Positions 1 to 9,259 of a stretch of 12,985 nucleotides of DNA are shown here, piece after piece. Each line of letters opens with the position of its first letter. The first letter of the stretch is position 1. The notes beneath the pieces were generated by a model. The model was not told the origin of the DNA. It did no database searches and worked only from the letters and a program-made list of their open reading frames with translations. The position numbers and the translations under genes were made by a program. The stretch is taken from the sequence record Ga0307515_10017642; one strand, 5' to 3'. This DNA is from a metagenome.

Positions 1-11
1 CACAGGCTGTG

Positions 12-189
12 ACCGAAAAAAAAAAATTTGATTTTCGGTGTTGAGTTCGGGAGCTCGTTGCCTCTCCGAACCTCGGAGTAATACCGACGACTAAGTCGTC
101 CAGCCCCTCCCTGGGGCGGGTATTCATTCCCGCACCAGGAAGGGGCTGGCATGCGAGCTTAGAAAGAACCTGCCGAAGCGCAACGGCAG
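12..189. other. Cluster of five consecutive stem-loops (candidate structured RNA or foldback element) at the window edge
   Basis: The five stem-loops are: ACCGAAAA/TTTTCGGT (12-19 with 32-39, around an A11 run at 16-26); CTCCGA-acc-TCGGAG (64-78); GACGAC-taa-GTCGTC (86-100); 21-nt arms at 100-120 and 129-149 pairing at 19 of 21 positions around an 8-nt loop; and CTGCCG-aagcgcaa-CGGCAG (170-189). Confidence 0.4.
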
Positions 190-1648
190 ATTCCATTTTC
201 CTGCTATTAGCCTCTCTCATCATCAAATACACCACCGGCAATCACGAGTCTTGGACAATGACATAGGTATTCTTCTATTCCATTTCGAGACCTCGATTAA
301 CCCAGCGGAACATGTTCTTTCTCATATTTATTTCATCGTCGTAAGCTTCGGGACGCTGTGCATGCTCCTGTTTAGGATCAGAACAATTTTGGATTAGGTT
401 TGGGCTCATGCGGCTGTTTTGAAGGTGCAGGGTGGAGCATGTTTTGAACATGGATTTTGGGAGTATAATGGCGTTGGAACTGTGTTTATTGAAATACTAT
501 TAGGTACCGTTCGCTATATGTTGTAGTATACCTGAATATTGAACCAGCTGCTTCAACGTAAATATTTCATGTGGACCGAGACAATGTACGGCAAAGTACT
601 TAGTCGCAACAACTACATTATATACACTTCGGCAATAGCGGCATCGGGAGTCGGCGTCCTAGCACACAGCAACCCAAGTGTGGCGATGATTGTAAACTAG
701 CAAAGTAAAGAGTTGGCGAAAATTCCGGGATACGTGCGGCCACCTAGCGCAATGCTCCGATAAACACCAAGATATAATTGAATATATCCTCGGTATTGCA
801 TCTCTGGGATTACCGTCGATAGTATTCTAGTATCTGCCACACAACAGTTCTATAGGTAGCTGGTGTATACTTTTGGTAGTGGTTCAAAACCAAGTGCGAG
901 GTCCCCGAGCATTCTATAGGAAGATACTTACACCCGGCTATTGCTGTCAGTATCAGATATAACTCATGAGTTGTGACCTCATGGTCTCGGATGGCCTTGG
1001 AAATGAATATCTATGTCTAGTCCGCTGCGGTACTGATACCGCGCCGAGCACGAAACACACAGACATTCACAGCCCTGTCTAGCATGCCCTGTTAAATTCT
1101 TTAACTTAGGATGGAACTGCTACTTATTTCGTGTCGTATACATAGAAATCAAGAACATATGTTATTTACATGTTGGGAGGGCGGATAATGATTCACAGAT
1201 CCGAACAGTAATCGCCAGACTAATGGAGTACGAAGCGTATAGAAGACTCACATGAAGTGTATTCTAGCTTTCCTGGTTCCTGCTCTCATAGCAAGAAAGG
1301 CCAGAATTACATTCCATCGTACAGCAGTCAATGAAACATAAAACCCCAACCCTGTTACCCACCAAATATCACATTTCGCTAAACCCCTCCTCCTCGTCGG
1401 TCATCTTAAATCACCGCGGTGCATTTCCTCTTTGCCGGAATGCGCAGAGAAAAACATTGTCTAGCTACGCCTACCGAAAACCAACGGGGCGCATATCGGG
1501 GGCGATAGACTGGTTGGGAAAGGCGGGTTGTTGGTAGGCGTTGATATTACCCAGACACCAAGCCTTTTCAAACCAACAACACAATACATATTGGTGTGCA
1601 CCTTCTCTCCAAGCTGTAACTCCTAGGCTGAAACAGATGATCCATGAA

Positions 1649-1653
1649 TATAT
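1649..1653 (-). terminator. Pol III oligo-T terminator of the tRNA-Ala gene
   Basis: The plus-strand AAAAA at 1649-1653 gives TTTTT on the minus strand. It lies 5 nt downstream of the tRNA discriminator base (minus-strand context CTTCTCCA-TAAAC-TTTTT). Confidence 0.55.
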
Positions 1654-1658
1654 GCAAC

Positions 1659-1730
1659 AAAAAGTTTATGGAGAAGCGGCGAATTGAACGCCGGACCGCC
1701 TCTATGCTAAAGAGGAATCATACCACTAGA
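1659..1730 (-). tRNA. tRNA-Ala, anticodon AGC (72 nt, no intron, CCA not encoded)
   Basis: The reverse complement reads GGGGATG TG GTCT AGTGGTAT GATT CCTCT TTAGCAT AGAGG CGGTC CGGCG TTCAATT CGCCG CTTCTCC A. The anticodon stem (CCTCT/AGAGG) and T stem (CGGCG/CGCCG) are perfect 5-bp helices. The T loop is TTCAATT. The 7-nt anticodon loop TTAGCAT places AGC at positions 34-36. The acceptor stem has the G3:U70 pair that is the alanine identity element, plus a U6-U67 mismatch that I recall also occurring in yeast tRNA-Ala. An A-box-like TGGTCTAGTGG and a B-box-like GTTCAATTC are present. The D stem is weak (3 bp). Confidence 0.8.
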
Positions 1731-2859
1731 CCACATCCCCATGGTTGAAGAGGTATGGATTACAGCGCACTTAGTCTAAACAGGCAAACAAGACTAGCGC
1801 GGCGCTTACACACACCATCATAGTTCGCTTTTAGATCATCCAGCCGTGGGCCTAGTTACTTATACATACATTTTACTAGGTATTAGCGGCGCTGTTCTTC
1901 GAGACCGTTGCATACTGAAGTACTACCCTTCCCGGCTAAATGGCCAATTGAAGCAATAATCTCTTTCCCAACGTCCTCCGAACCAGCGACAGGGCAAATG
2001 GTGGTAGTTTGTCCGACTAAGGGTACTACGGGGATCAGTCTTAAGTGATATGGAGTTTTTTTCGTATTTAGCATGATGGCACCGGTTACAAAATATCATG
2101 CTGAAGCGTCGCCGTCGCACAGGGTTGCCGTATGAAATATTGGCAATTAGCCGAAGTAAAGATTTGCGACGGTGGTCTTAGAATCCGGGGTGGATGGCGC
2201 TCGGAGTATGGTACACGGGTTCCGAGACTAGGCGCTCGATCGGGGTTGCGGCTGCAAACTAAGTTCACAAATATCGCGCGTCTTTCCAAGTTCTCGCAAA
2301 TTTCGGAAAGTACCGTGAACATTGTCTTGCTCCTAGACTGCGAAATAATTTCGGGTTGGGAAAAGTTAAATCCCGAGCGCCCCAAGATCCACGGTCTCTC
2401 CGATTGACAAATAGCTCTCCGATGAGGGGAAGCTTGCAACCCGAGAAATAAGGCAGTCTCTTATTGGCTACAGTCGGCTTCCGAAGATGGAAAGACTGTA
2501 ACCCGAGAGCCGAAAGGCATCCCCGAAGCTCCAATCTCCAACCGAAGCGGAGAACGTTCCACAAGTTCCTAGACAGCGAGATCTGATTGGCTGAAATAAA
2601 TTTCTTATTTTTCACGGAAAGTTTATTTTTCCCTACGTGATTTCGGAAACGGTTTATCCCGGAAACTTTCTACTCTAGCATCCGTCTGCTTTCGCAGCGT
2701 ATCTCCTTCCGCAGCCTGCTACAGCATCTTTCTATTCCCTGCCGGTCTCCTTTAGTACAGCATAATTTGGAATAGACCTAGATTCAAATTATAATAGGTA
2801 TGATTGCGTATACGGCAGTATAGTACTCTCTATCTATGTGCATTGTGTCTATCTGTCTA

Positions 2860-3020
2860 CCAATTTATGGATGGCGATTCTGGATCCACAAGGAGCTCAC
2901 TGGAGATGGTGGCATCCGGAAAAATGGGTTCGCACTCAAGCGGAACCTGCCGTGCGCTCGAGCGACGATTTTCCGCTAATGCTGCACTCAGACTTGTTCG
3001 TTTTGCTCAGATTTTGTTCG
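2860..3020 (-). repeat. Possible inverted partial copy of the segment just downstream of repeat copy B
   Basis: The reverse complement of 2860-3010 resembles 11155-11290. Examples are GCAAAACGAACAAG..TGCAGCATTAGCGGAAAA against GCAAAAGTAGGTG..TGCAAGTGTAATGCGGAAGG, and GAGCTCCTTGTGGAT..CCATCCATAAATTGGTAGAC against GAGCTCCGTGGAT..GTCTATGGATTGGATATAC. By eye this is only about 65-70 percent similar. Confidence 0.35.
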
Positions 3021-3039
3021 CCTCGGTCAGACTTATTCG
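2987..3039 (+). repeat. Short degenerate tandem repeat, three units of about 19-20 bp
   Basis: The units are CTCAGACTTGTTCG (2987-3000), CTCAGATTTTGTTCG (3006-3020) and GTCAGACTTATTCG (3026-3039), spaced at regular intervals. Confidence 0.4.
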
Positions 3040-3402
3040 TCTCGTTTATGCGAGTATTCGATTTCTCGGTTTCGATTTCATGATCATGAAACATTTATAG
3101 ACAAATACATAGTAGATGCAGAATAGATGATAATTGTAATTGATTAATTGAGAGTAGTAACCGAATTTCTCGTTCAACCTTGGTAGTCGTTTAGAACATG
3201 GGGTGGTGGTGGTGGCTTGTACGTGGTGGCGACTTACAACTTAGGTTATACTTAAGATTGAACTTTGTTTTTGGATTGATTCAAAGGATTTCTTTGTTTT
3301 GCGGATCATTGTCAGGGGTTTAAGCAATTACTAGCAGTGCGCGTACGTTTATTTTGTTGTAAATATACATAGACTCGATCTGACACGTGCTGACTGTAAC
3401 TA

Positions 3403-3563
3403 CGATGGTAAGGTACAAGGCACACAAGTCTCTCTTATATATCTCGAGTCTTCTTCTCTCTTCTCTGTACCTTAGTCTATGCACATGGTTCTTCCCTTCT
3501 ATATCGCTACATATTCATTTCTTCTATGCATATAGATATTTAGAGGTTGCACTTGTTTCTTGC
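3403..3563 (+). repeat. Dispersed repeat, copy A (TATA plus CT-rich, promoter/LTR-like core)
   Basis: This aligns by eye with 11034-11184. Shared sequence is CGATGGTAA, a TATATAT element, then CTCTTCTCT..CTTAGTCTAT.CACA.GGTTCT.CCC..ATATCGC (3458-3507 against 11114-11158, roughly 85 percent identical apart from indels), then GGTTGCA..TGT. Copy A is the more AT-rich and has an extra block of about 30 bp. Confidence 0.65.
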
Positions 3564-4759
3564 TCTATCGTGTAGTAAGAGGTCATTTTATTTCACGCGT
3601 ATGCCGGTCAAACTGCTCTCTAGATATCTCGTTACCGCGTTAAATACCACTCTGTCAGCCACGAACAGGTATGATCATCTGGTGACGACCCTACGAAAGG
3701 CTTCATTCACATCATTAAGTTTGAAGATGTACCGACTTGGCGCTGCATTGGGACCGGCGCTCCCGCATCGCTAAACATTTGACCAGACGAAGCTCTGGGT
3801 AATCTTACAACTGAGCTCAGCGAGCTGCGATACAACCTCGGAACGCGTGATATAACATTACGCGAATATCACTAGGGAAAGATTTCAACAAATACGTCAG
3901 TCGGTACATCCAGGATGTCATCCGATCACGGCTAGTCCATGAAGGCGGAGGATATCTCATGACGCTTTTACACACAATTATAATCAAGTACGCTGGAAAC
4001 AGCTCAAGATAGGTGAAAGTTGATATTACTGGTTTGGAGACCACCGCTGAAGCCTATGCTGACATCCTGACAGTGATACCAACTCTGTCTTTTACACCGA
4101 GGGCTGTGCCACAGTCTCATGCAGGGATCTCAATAGTCCGTCCCGTCCGAGCAACCATCTGCCCGGGATGGGACTGTAAATTTCGGGGTACAGAATTCAG
4201 GATCGTTTGAGACCAGGGCAAAATTTTCTTGTACTATACGCCTACAGAGCCCGCAGTCTCTGTGATATTCAGATTGAACTGTGAGAAGCGGTGGAAATCA
4301 TGTTATTTTATAATATTTTTGTACTCTAGTTTATCATCAGCATCACAGCACCCACAGCTGCTTGTTATAAGGCCTACCACTGGTAGTTTTGGGGCTTGAT
4401 TCAGGAAGTTTAGGGCTTACCACCAGTATCACTACTGGCTACCCAGCGCGCCGGTAGCTGCCGGGACCATATAGGTACCTGTACGGGTCCTAGGGCTGAA
4501 GATTTCAGTCACGGACGGACCAGGCCGCTGATATGATACCCGGGACTGGACCGTGACGTCGGGCCCTATATGACTGAAGTCGCCCCGGACCGTTGAGATG
4601 CCTGGTCTCATGAGATCGATTGGGTGAACGCCACAATCGGAGCTAGATTTGGGTGCTTAAATCGAAATCGACAAGTCGCTGTTTCGGTAGCAGAAGATGT
4701 ATGCGAATCAAGAACTTAGAACGAATGAGATAGCTTTTCTGCACTATATTTTATCAAAG

Positions 4760-4930
4760 GCGGTGGGAAGGGAAAGGGGATTGGAAATAGGATAGTGTGA
4801 ATGAAAGCTCCGTGATGAAGACTAGTGCTAATACTGATGAGATGACGATGAAGACGAAGACGAACATGAAGAAGATGAACATGAAGACGACGGTGGAAGA
4901 TGAAAGGTGAGAATGAAGATTACAGGAGCA
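4760..4930 (-). repeat. Inverted, more AT-rich copy of the TC-rich module (GA-rich on the plus strand)
   Basis: Plus-strand 4775-4925 aligns by eye with the reverse complement of about 9860-10060. Examples are GGATTGGAAATAGGATAG..ATGAAAG against GGATTGGCGACGGAGTAATGAAG, GATGACGATGAAGACGAAGACG against GGACGACAACGAGGACGACG, and GGAAGATGAAAGGTGAGAATGAAGA against GGAGCGGAAAGGTGAGAACAAGCG. Most differences are G/A transitions. Confidence 0.45.
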
Positions 4931-5413
4931 TTTGTTGCGGGATTGATATATTCATAATACCACCACACAAACTAGGCGTATAGCTATTCACTATTCGGTT
5001 CTATGCAGGGCTAGTTTTATGTTGGTACGTTCTTTGTGTAATCTCAGTTTTTTGGTATTCTCATTCCATTGCTTAGACTGACGAACATCACTGGCGCCTG
5101 GAACGCACTGACGAGGATTGAACTAAAATATATTTGTTGATGTCTGCCTCTAGTGCAATGTTTGCGAATAGTAACTGTAAACTGCTGACGTCCAAACTAT
5201 GAAAACTTTTGCGCGCCCTACTCTCAACATCGCACCATAATTATGCCAAAAACCACCAGGACGATGTCGACATCTGTAACTCCTTCCATCGAGACCCTAT
5301 GCACCCCCCGTAATCTCAAGGCTTCATGAAACTATAACGATACTACTGTTAGCGTTTTCAGGCAACGATGAATATGGAGGAAATTACTGAGTGGAACTAC
5401 GTGAGGATTAAAT

Positions 5414-5957
5414 TCAATAAACGAGACAGGATGCCGACGCGAGGGATTTGCTGTCGGGCGAGAATGCCACCACAGCGACCGAGTCTAAATGCCCCTCAAG
5501 GGACCCGCGCGAGGCTCCCGTATTCGGATCCCGGAGGGGGACCTTATTGCCATTGGATGCGGATGCAAGGGGCTTGCCGCCTGTCGAGATCAATCCAGTA
5601 CGAATAGAGGTATTGAATTGACTATCGTACAAAAGTGATTGTCTAAAGAACAAAGGGGGAGAGAAAGACAGGTAAATATATGGGAAAGGAGAGACCATAC
5701 TCGGCGAAGCCGAATATCACAACCGGAGCCCGATGCCGAGCATCACTCCCGGGACTAGACCTACTGCTCGGCATGGGGGCCCTTGGGGGCTGCAATCCAC
5801 CGGCCTCATGCCCGCAGCCTTAGGCCGATGGGGGCTGGAAGCCCCCAAACACCACGCAAGCCATCGGGCCAAATCCTCTGCCAACACCGCCGGGCGAGAA
5901 TACCAATACACCGAACGCAGCGGAATGGCCATTAAGGACCAACAACGAAGCACTCCA
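5414..5957 (-). pseudogene. Collapsed WD40 repeat region (about 2 units) of the NLR remnant
   Basis: Unit 1 reads WSASLLVLNGHSAAFGVLVFSPGG. It is broken after SPGG by 297 bp of unrelated sequence. The repeat then resumes as STGGKPLASASNGNKVPLRDPNTGASRGS followed by LEGHLDSVAVVAFSPDSKSLASAS, then CLVY and a stop at 5414-5416. NWD/HET-E-type NLRs normally carry many more 42-aa units. Confidence 0.75.
5590..5886. repeat. 297-bp insert of unknown origin inside WD40 unit 1, rich in GC hairpins
   Basis: The insert is flanked by imperfect 13-nt direct repeats on the minus strand: TCTCGCCCGGCGG (5887-5899) and TCTCGACAGGCGG (5577-5589). Internal hairpins on the plus strand are TCGGC-gaa-GCCGA (5701-5713), ATGCCGAGCA/TGCTCGGCAT (5733-5742 with 5765-5774, a perfect 10-bp stem) and GGGGGCT-gga-AGCCCCC (5830-5846). 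The last one is nested inside GGCCGATGG / CCATCGGGCC (5823-5870). No frame of the insert reads as WD40, and I found no terminal inverted repeats. Confidence 0.5.
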
Positions 5958-6382
5958 ATTTTCATGAACTGTTGGTGGCCTTCTGATCCAAAGCGAAACG
6001 CAACACCAAAACCGATTCCTAATTGTGCTTTTGTTTGGGCTAAACACAAGGGCAGAGTTATATATTTGGAGTGGCGCTGTTTCAATTATAGCCCTGAAGT
6101 ACAGGACAAAACGGATGACGTCATGAGTAAACTCACGTATATGATGATTGGCGCGAGGCTTGTTTGAAGTCAGCAATTCAGATGCAGTAAAAAATGGGGT
6201 AGGAACTAAAGACTCTAAAAAGTTGTCACTGATACAGATGGCCAGCTTCACTCAATATATGACGTCTTTCGTGAAATGCTCATCCGAATTGTTGTCGCTT
6301 TGCATCGGGATCTGGATGCTCCTCTACTAACAACCGTGCTCCAGAAACGTACGAAAATTGTGCAATGAACTGAATTACTCAC

Positions 6383-8030
6383 CGAAAGCAAAGATTCAAA
6401 TGCTTTAATCATGACAACGCCATCGGATATCTTCTCTATAAGGCTGAGAGCTTCGAGCCAACGGATGAAGTGCTCCTTTAAAAACGTGTAAACTTGGTCG
6501 TGAACGGCTCTTCCTCGTGGAGTTGGACGTTAGCCCGCTGAAGGTGATAGACTCAAAGACGGCATGCATACTGAACCGCCAGGGAAAGGTGACGTTCAAC
6601 TTCATGTTTGTCCACTTCGCTCATCAGTGTACCAGGAAGCCGCAGATCACAAATGTCAACCTTTAGATGCTGTGACATGTGTTCGAGACAGTCCGTAAAA
6701 AGACCCCTATGTGCCACTTTCCTGTCGATACTGAACAGATGGTTATCGCAACTCTGGTCGTATAACAGAAAGTCGCCGAAAGTTGGGTAGAGGAGCCGAA
6801 TGTAAAAGCCCTGACTCTCTGGATCATCTAACACAGAACGGAGCGAGTTCAACGTTTCGTCTATCTCCCGCTTCTTAGTGTGTAAGAAGTCTGCCAAGCA
6901 GTCATGGTATCTGCAAGAATCACGATGGCGCCAACGACCCGTCTGAAGCGGCCCAGCAGCCTCTCTTTCGTGCACTCGTCCCGGTTCTCAAGAATCGCGT
7001 ACCGTAAGAGTGTGATGTACATCGAGTTGAGCTGTTTTGTCGGCGATCTGTCGTTCATAGTCTCTTTGCAAGACGAAAGAGAGGCGGTCATCCGGATAGC
7101 TGTCTTTATCTCCGATAAATCAACAAATTGTTACGGCATAGATGAACAGTCCATCCGATCTTTGGGTGAGTTCGCTAATGCATTTTTCGTCCGGCCATTC
7201 TATGGGTAAATGACGACGTTTCCGGATTCTTGCTAGTTCATGGCGGAGGAAACAGATATATCGCGGCTAACAATGGACTTAAAGATATTATGAAGCACAA
7301 AATCTCGATAATTAGCCGTAGAGATATCATCGAAACCGTAGCGAATGGGGGTTTCCGGTCTGCTTGTAATAAAAACCCGAAAGCGAACTGATCTTAAAGT
7401 TCTCAACTATGCAAGTAGTTGAACGATCAGTCCAATATCATCGTCTTCACACTCGTCTAAAGCATCAACAACCAGCACCACTGACTGTAGCTGATGCGAT
7501 TCCTTGCCCAGACGAGACACTGGCTGCAGGATAAGATGCTTCCATTGCTCGCTATGACCTTGTTCGGCAATGTCAGGGTACTCGGTAACAGCTCGACGTG
7601 AGGTAGCGGTAAATTGGGGCTGCGTACGAGCGAGCTGGTACGCGAGGGTAGTAAAAAACCTGGAGGCATGCGAGAGATCTCCTCCACCTCTAGAAAAAAA
7701 GAAACTGGCGCCAAGTCGTTTCTCGTCGGACCACTTTCGAGCAACCGTAAGAGTTATGGTAGACTTGCCGGTCCCGGCCATGCCATTTAACTAAAAGATG
7801 GATGCACCGGTCAGATTGTGGGACCAGAGCTCGATTTCGCTGAGAAGGTCGGTCCGAGTGCCATCTAGGCACACGGTCTGGTGCTCCAAACGGCGGGAGC
7901 TGAAAGCGGCGCCATCAGCGCGAGGCGGTGGCAAAAGAATGTCGTCATGTCTCAAGAAGGTGTGAGTATCTTTAATGGTTGCATTGGGGCGGAGCTTACG
8001 TATGATAGTAAGTTCTGTCTTGGCTACCAT
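6383..8030 (-). pseudogene. NACHT (STAND P-loop NTPase) module of the NLR remnant
   Basis: Walker A GMAGTGKST lies at 7758-7784 and Walker B VVLVVDALDECE at 7446-7481, followed by RVFITSRPETPIRYGF. The post-NACHT helical region carries FLRHELARIRK, GLFIYAVTIC, LNSMYITLLRYAIL, IRLLYPTFGDFLL, DICDLRLPG and QYACRL*VYHL. A TAG at 7791-7793 replaces the conserved W of IFWLNG. Further stops lie at 7407-7409, 7120-7122 and 6553-6555. Confidence 0.85.
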
Positions 8031-8202
8031 CGTGCAAATTTCTGGCTACATGTTGATCTCCTTGGCCCTATTGGCGGGGATGCAAAGAATTATTGTATTG
8101 TGTAGAGTACTGTAGAGTAATTGCTTCCTTTCTGGGCCGTCGCATACTAGCAATATCTTGAGCGAAGTTGACGCAGATGCTTAATCTCAGTATGACCCTC
8201 TA

Positions 8203-9259
8203 GTAGCCAGGGTCCGCCCCGCCGGTGAATTTTACAATCGTCGAGTGATTCCCATCTATCGGAACATGGTCGCACACATCAGCGCTGGATAATGTCGCAG
8301 GCTCTCGGCTAACCATGCACAACAGCGGGCCACCACGTTTAAGTTTTCCGTCTTCTGTCTCCTTTCAGCAAATCAGTTTATGGGATACAACCGTGCGGTC
8401 AAAATCTGGAGCTTAAACGTACTTCTAAGGTGGGAGTGTCCTTCGTCTCGTAGAATGAGACGATGGTGCAGCCTTCGAGGCGGCAGTTTGCGACGAAAAT
8501 TTGATTGAGAATCCTCAGTAACGCGGAGCCTTCCATTAGATCGTTAACTAGTCGGAAATTCCGTTGGTTTTGCATAATTGAGAGAAGATTCAGGTGGTTG
8601 AGACCGCTGTTTAGCACGTCGAATAAGAAAAGGCCTTCAGGGGATTGTAAAATGGCTCTATCTGTCTCAGATCCGATTTGTTTTGCGTCCGAAAGAGCCT
8701 GGTGCGAGTGAGTAAGCAATAAGCATTACAGACCGGAAAGGCGTACCTACTGTCTTGACAATTAGACCTCCTAGACTATGGGCGACAAAAACAAGCACCT
8801 CCATTTCGTCTGGAGAATTATTCAATAGTGAAGGAGAACGACCGAGTGATACGTACCTTTTCGGATTGCCGAGAAGGACCAACCCCGTCCAGCAGTTGCC
8901 GAGCGCAGTCTTGAATAGAGCTATTACAAGTGCTCTTTTCAACGACCGAATAGTAGCCATATGTGAAGATTCTGCTCCGAGGAATATCTTCCAGCAAGAG
9001 GTCTCGCAGCCACATCGTGTATCTCCCTGGAGCCTTCCATGATCCAAAAGCATGTCCGGCTAGACCGGTAACAGCAACGAGACTGCAATAAGTCAGAAAA
9101 AATCGGAAATATGAGAAGTAGAAATGTAGCATACTCAACTAACGCATCTTCTCCCGAACTGTACAGTGCCGTCATTCCGAGGAAGTCGCAATCAACTATA
9201 ACTTGGTATACGGCTCCACCAGCTTTGAACTCGATATCAACGGTGATACGGGAGTACAT
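8203..9259 (-). pseudogene. NLR N-terminal effector region: SesB-like / DUF676-type alpha/beta-hydrolase (putative lipase/esterase) domain remnant
   Basis: The region carries the nucleophile elbow HSLGG at 8766-8780. Upstream of it is VAVTGLAGHAFGSWK and RIFTYGYYS. Downstream is FYETKDT...GNHSTIVKF...DPGY, which is the usual order in fungal SesB-like NLR N-termini. A TAG at 8200-8202 terminates the region immediately after DPGY. Confidence 0.7.

Noticed and set aside
1883-2615. Overlapping ORFs on both strands (1883-2074, 1923-2120, 2086-2439, 2132-2407, 2265-2615)
   Set aside because: These are mutually overlapping frames in a stop-poor stretch. I recognise no domain in any of them. The peptide from 1883-2074 (..LIPVVPLVGQTTTICPVAGSEDVGKEIIASIGHLAGKG..) looks vaguely protein-like but I cannot assign it. 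It would need BLASTP or RNA-seq evidence before being called.
2640-2672. Heat-shock-element-like GGAAACTTTC and TTTCGGAAAC motifs
   Set aside because: The spacing does not match the nGAAnnTTCnnGAAn consensus, because the gaps are 1 or 3 nt rather than 2. I treated them only as part of the general motif cluster.
4120-4160. Possible 5S rRNA-like fragment (GTCCCGTCCGAGC)
   Set aside because: Only a short stretch resembles the 5S GGGATCCCGTCCG region, and the flanking sequence does not continue the 5S consensus.
2804-4210. Small ORFs 2804-3100, 2838-3083, 3387-3575, 3547-3774, 3817-4044 and 4013-4210
   Set aside because: They lie inside dispersed-repeat or AT-rich degenerate sequence, have hydrophobic or low-complexity translations and no motifs. 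The one at 2804-3100 spans a short tandem repeat.
5590-5886. tRNA-derived SINE interpretation of the WD40 insert (A-box-like TGGCTTGCGTGG and B-box-like GGTCTAGTCCC on the minus strand)
   Set aside because: The box matches are imperfect, the boxes lie about 120 nt apart (too far), and neither end has an A-rich or simple-repeat tail. It is kept only as an unclassified insert.
5368-6330. Plus-strand ORFs 5368-5607, 5733-6167 and 6148-6330, and minus-strand ORF 5717-6085
   Set aside because: These are antisense to, or out of frame with, the WD40 and linker part of the NLR remnant. The one at 5733-6167 is kept open mainly by the GC-rich insert.
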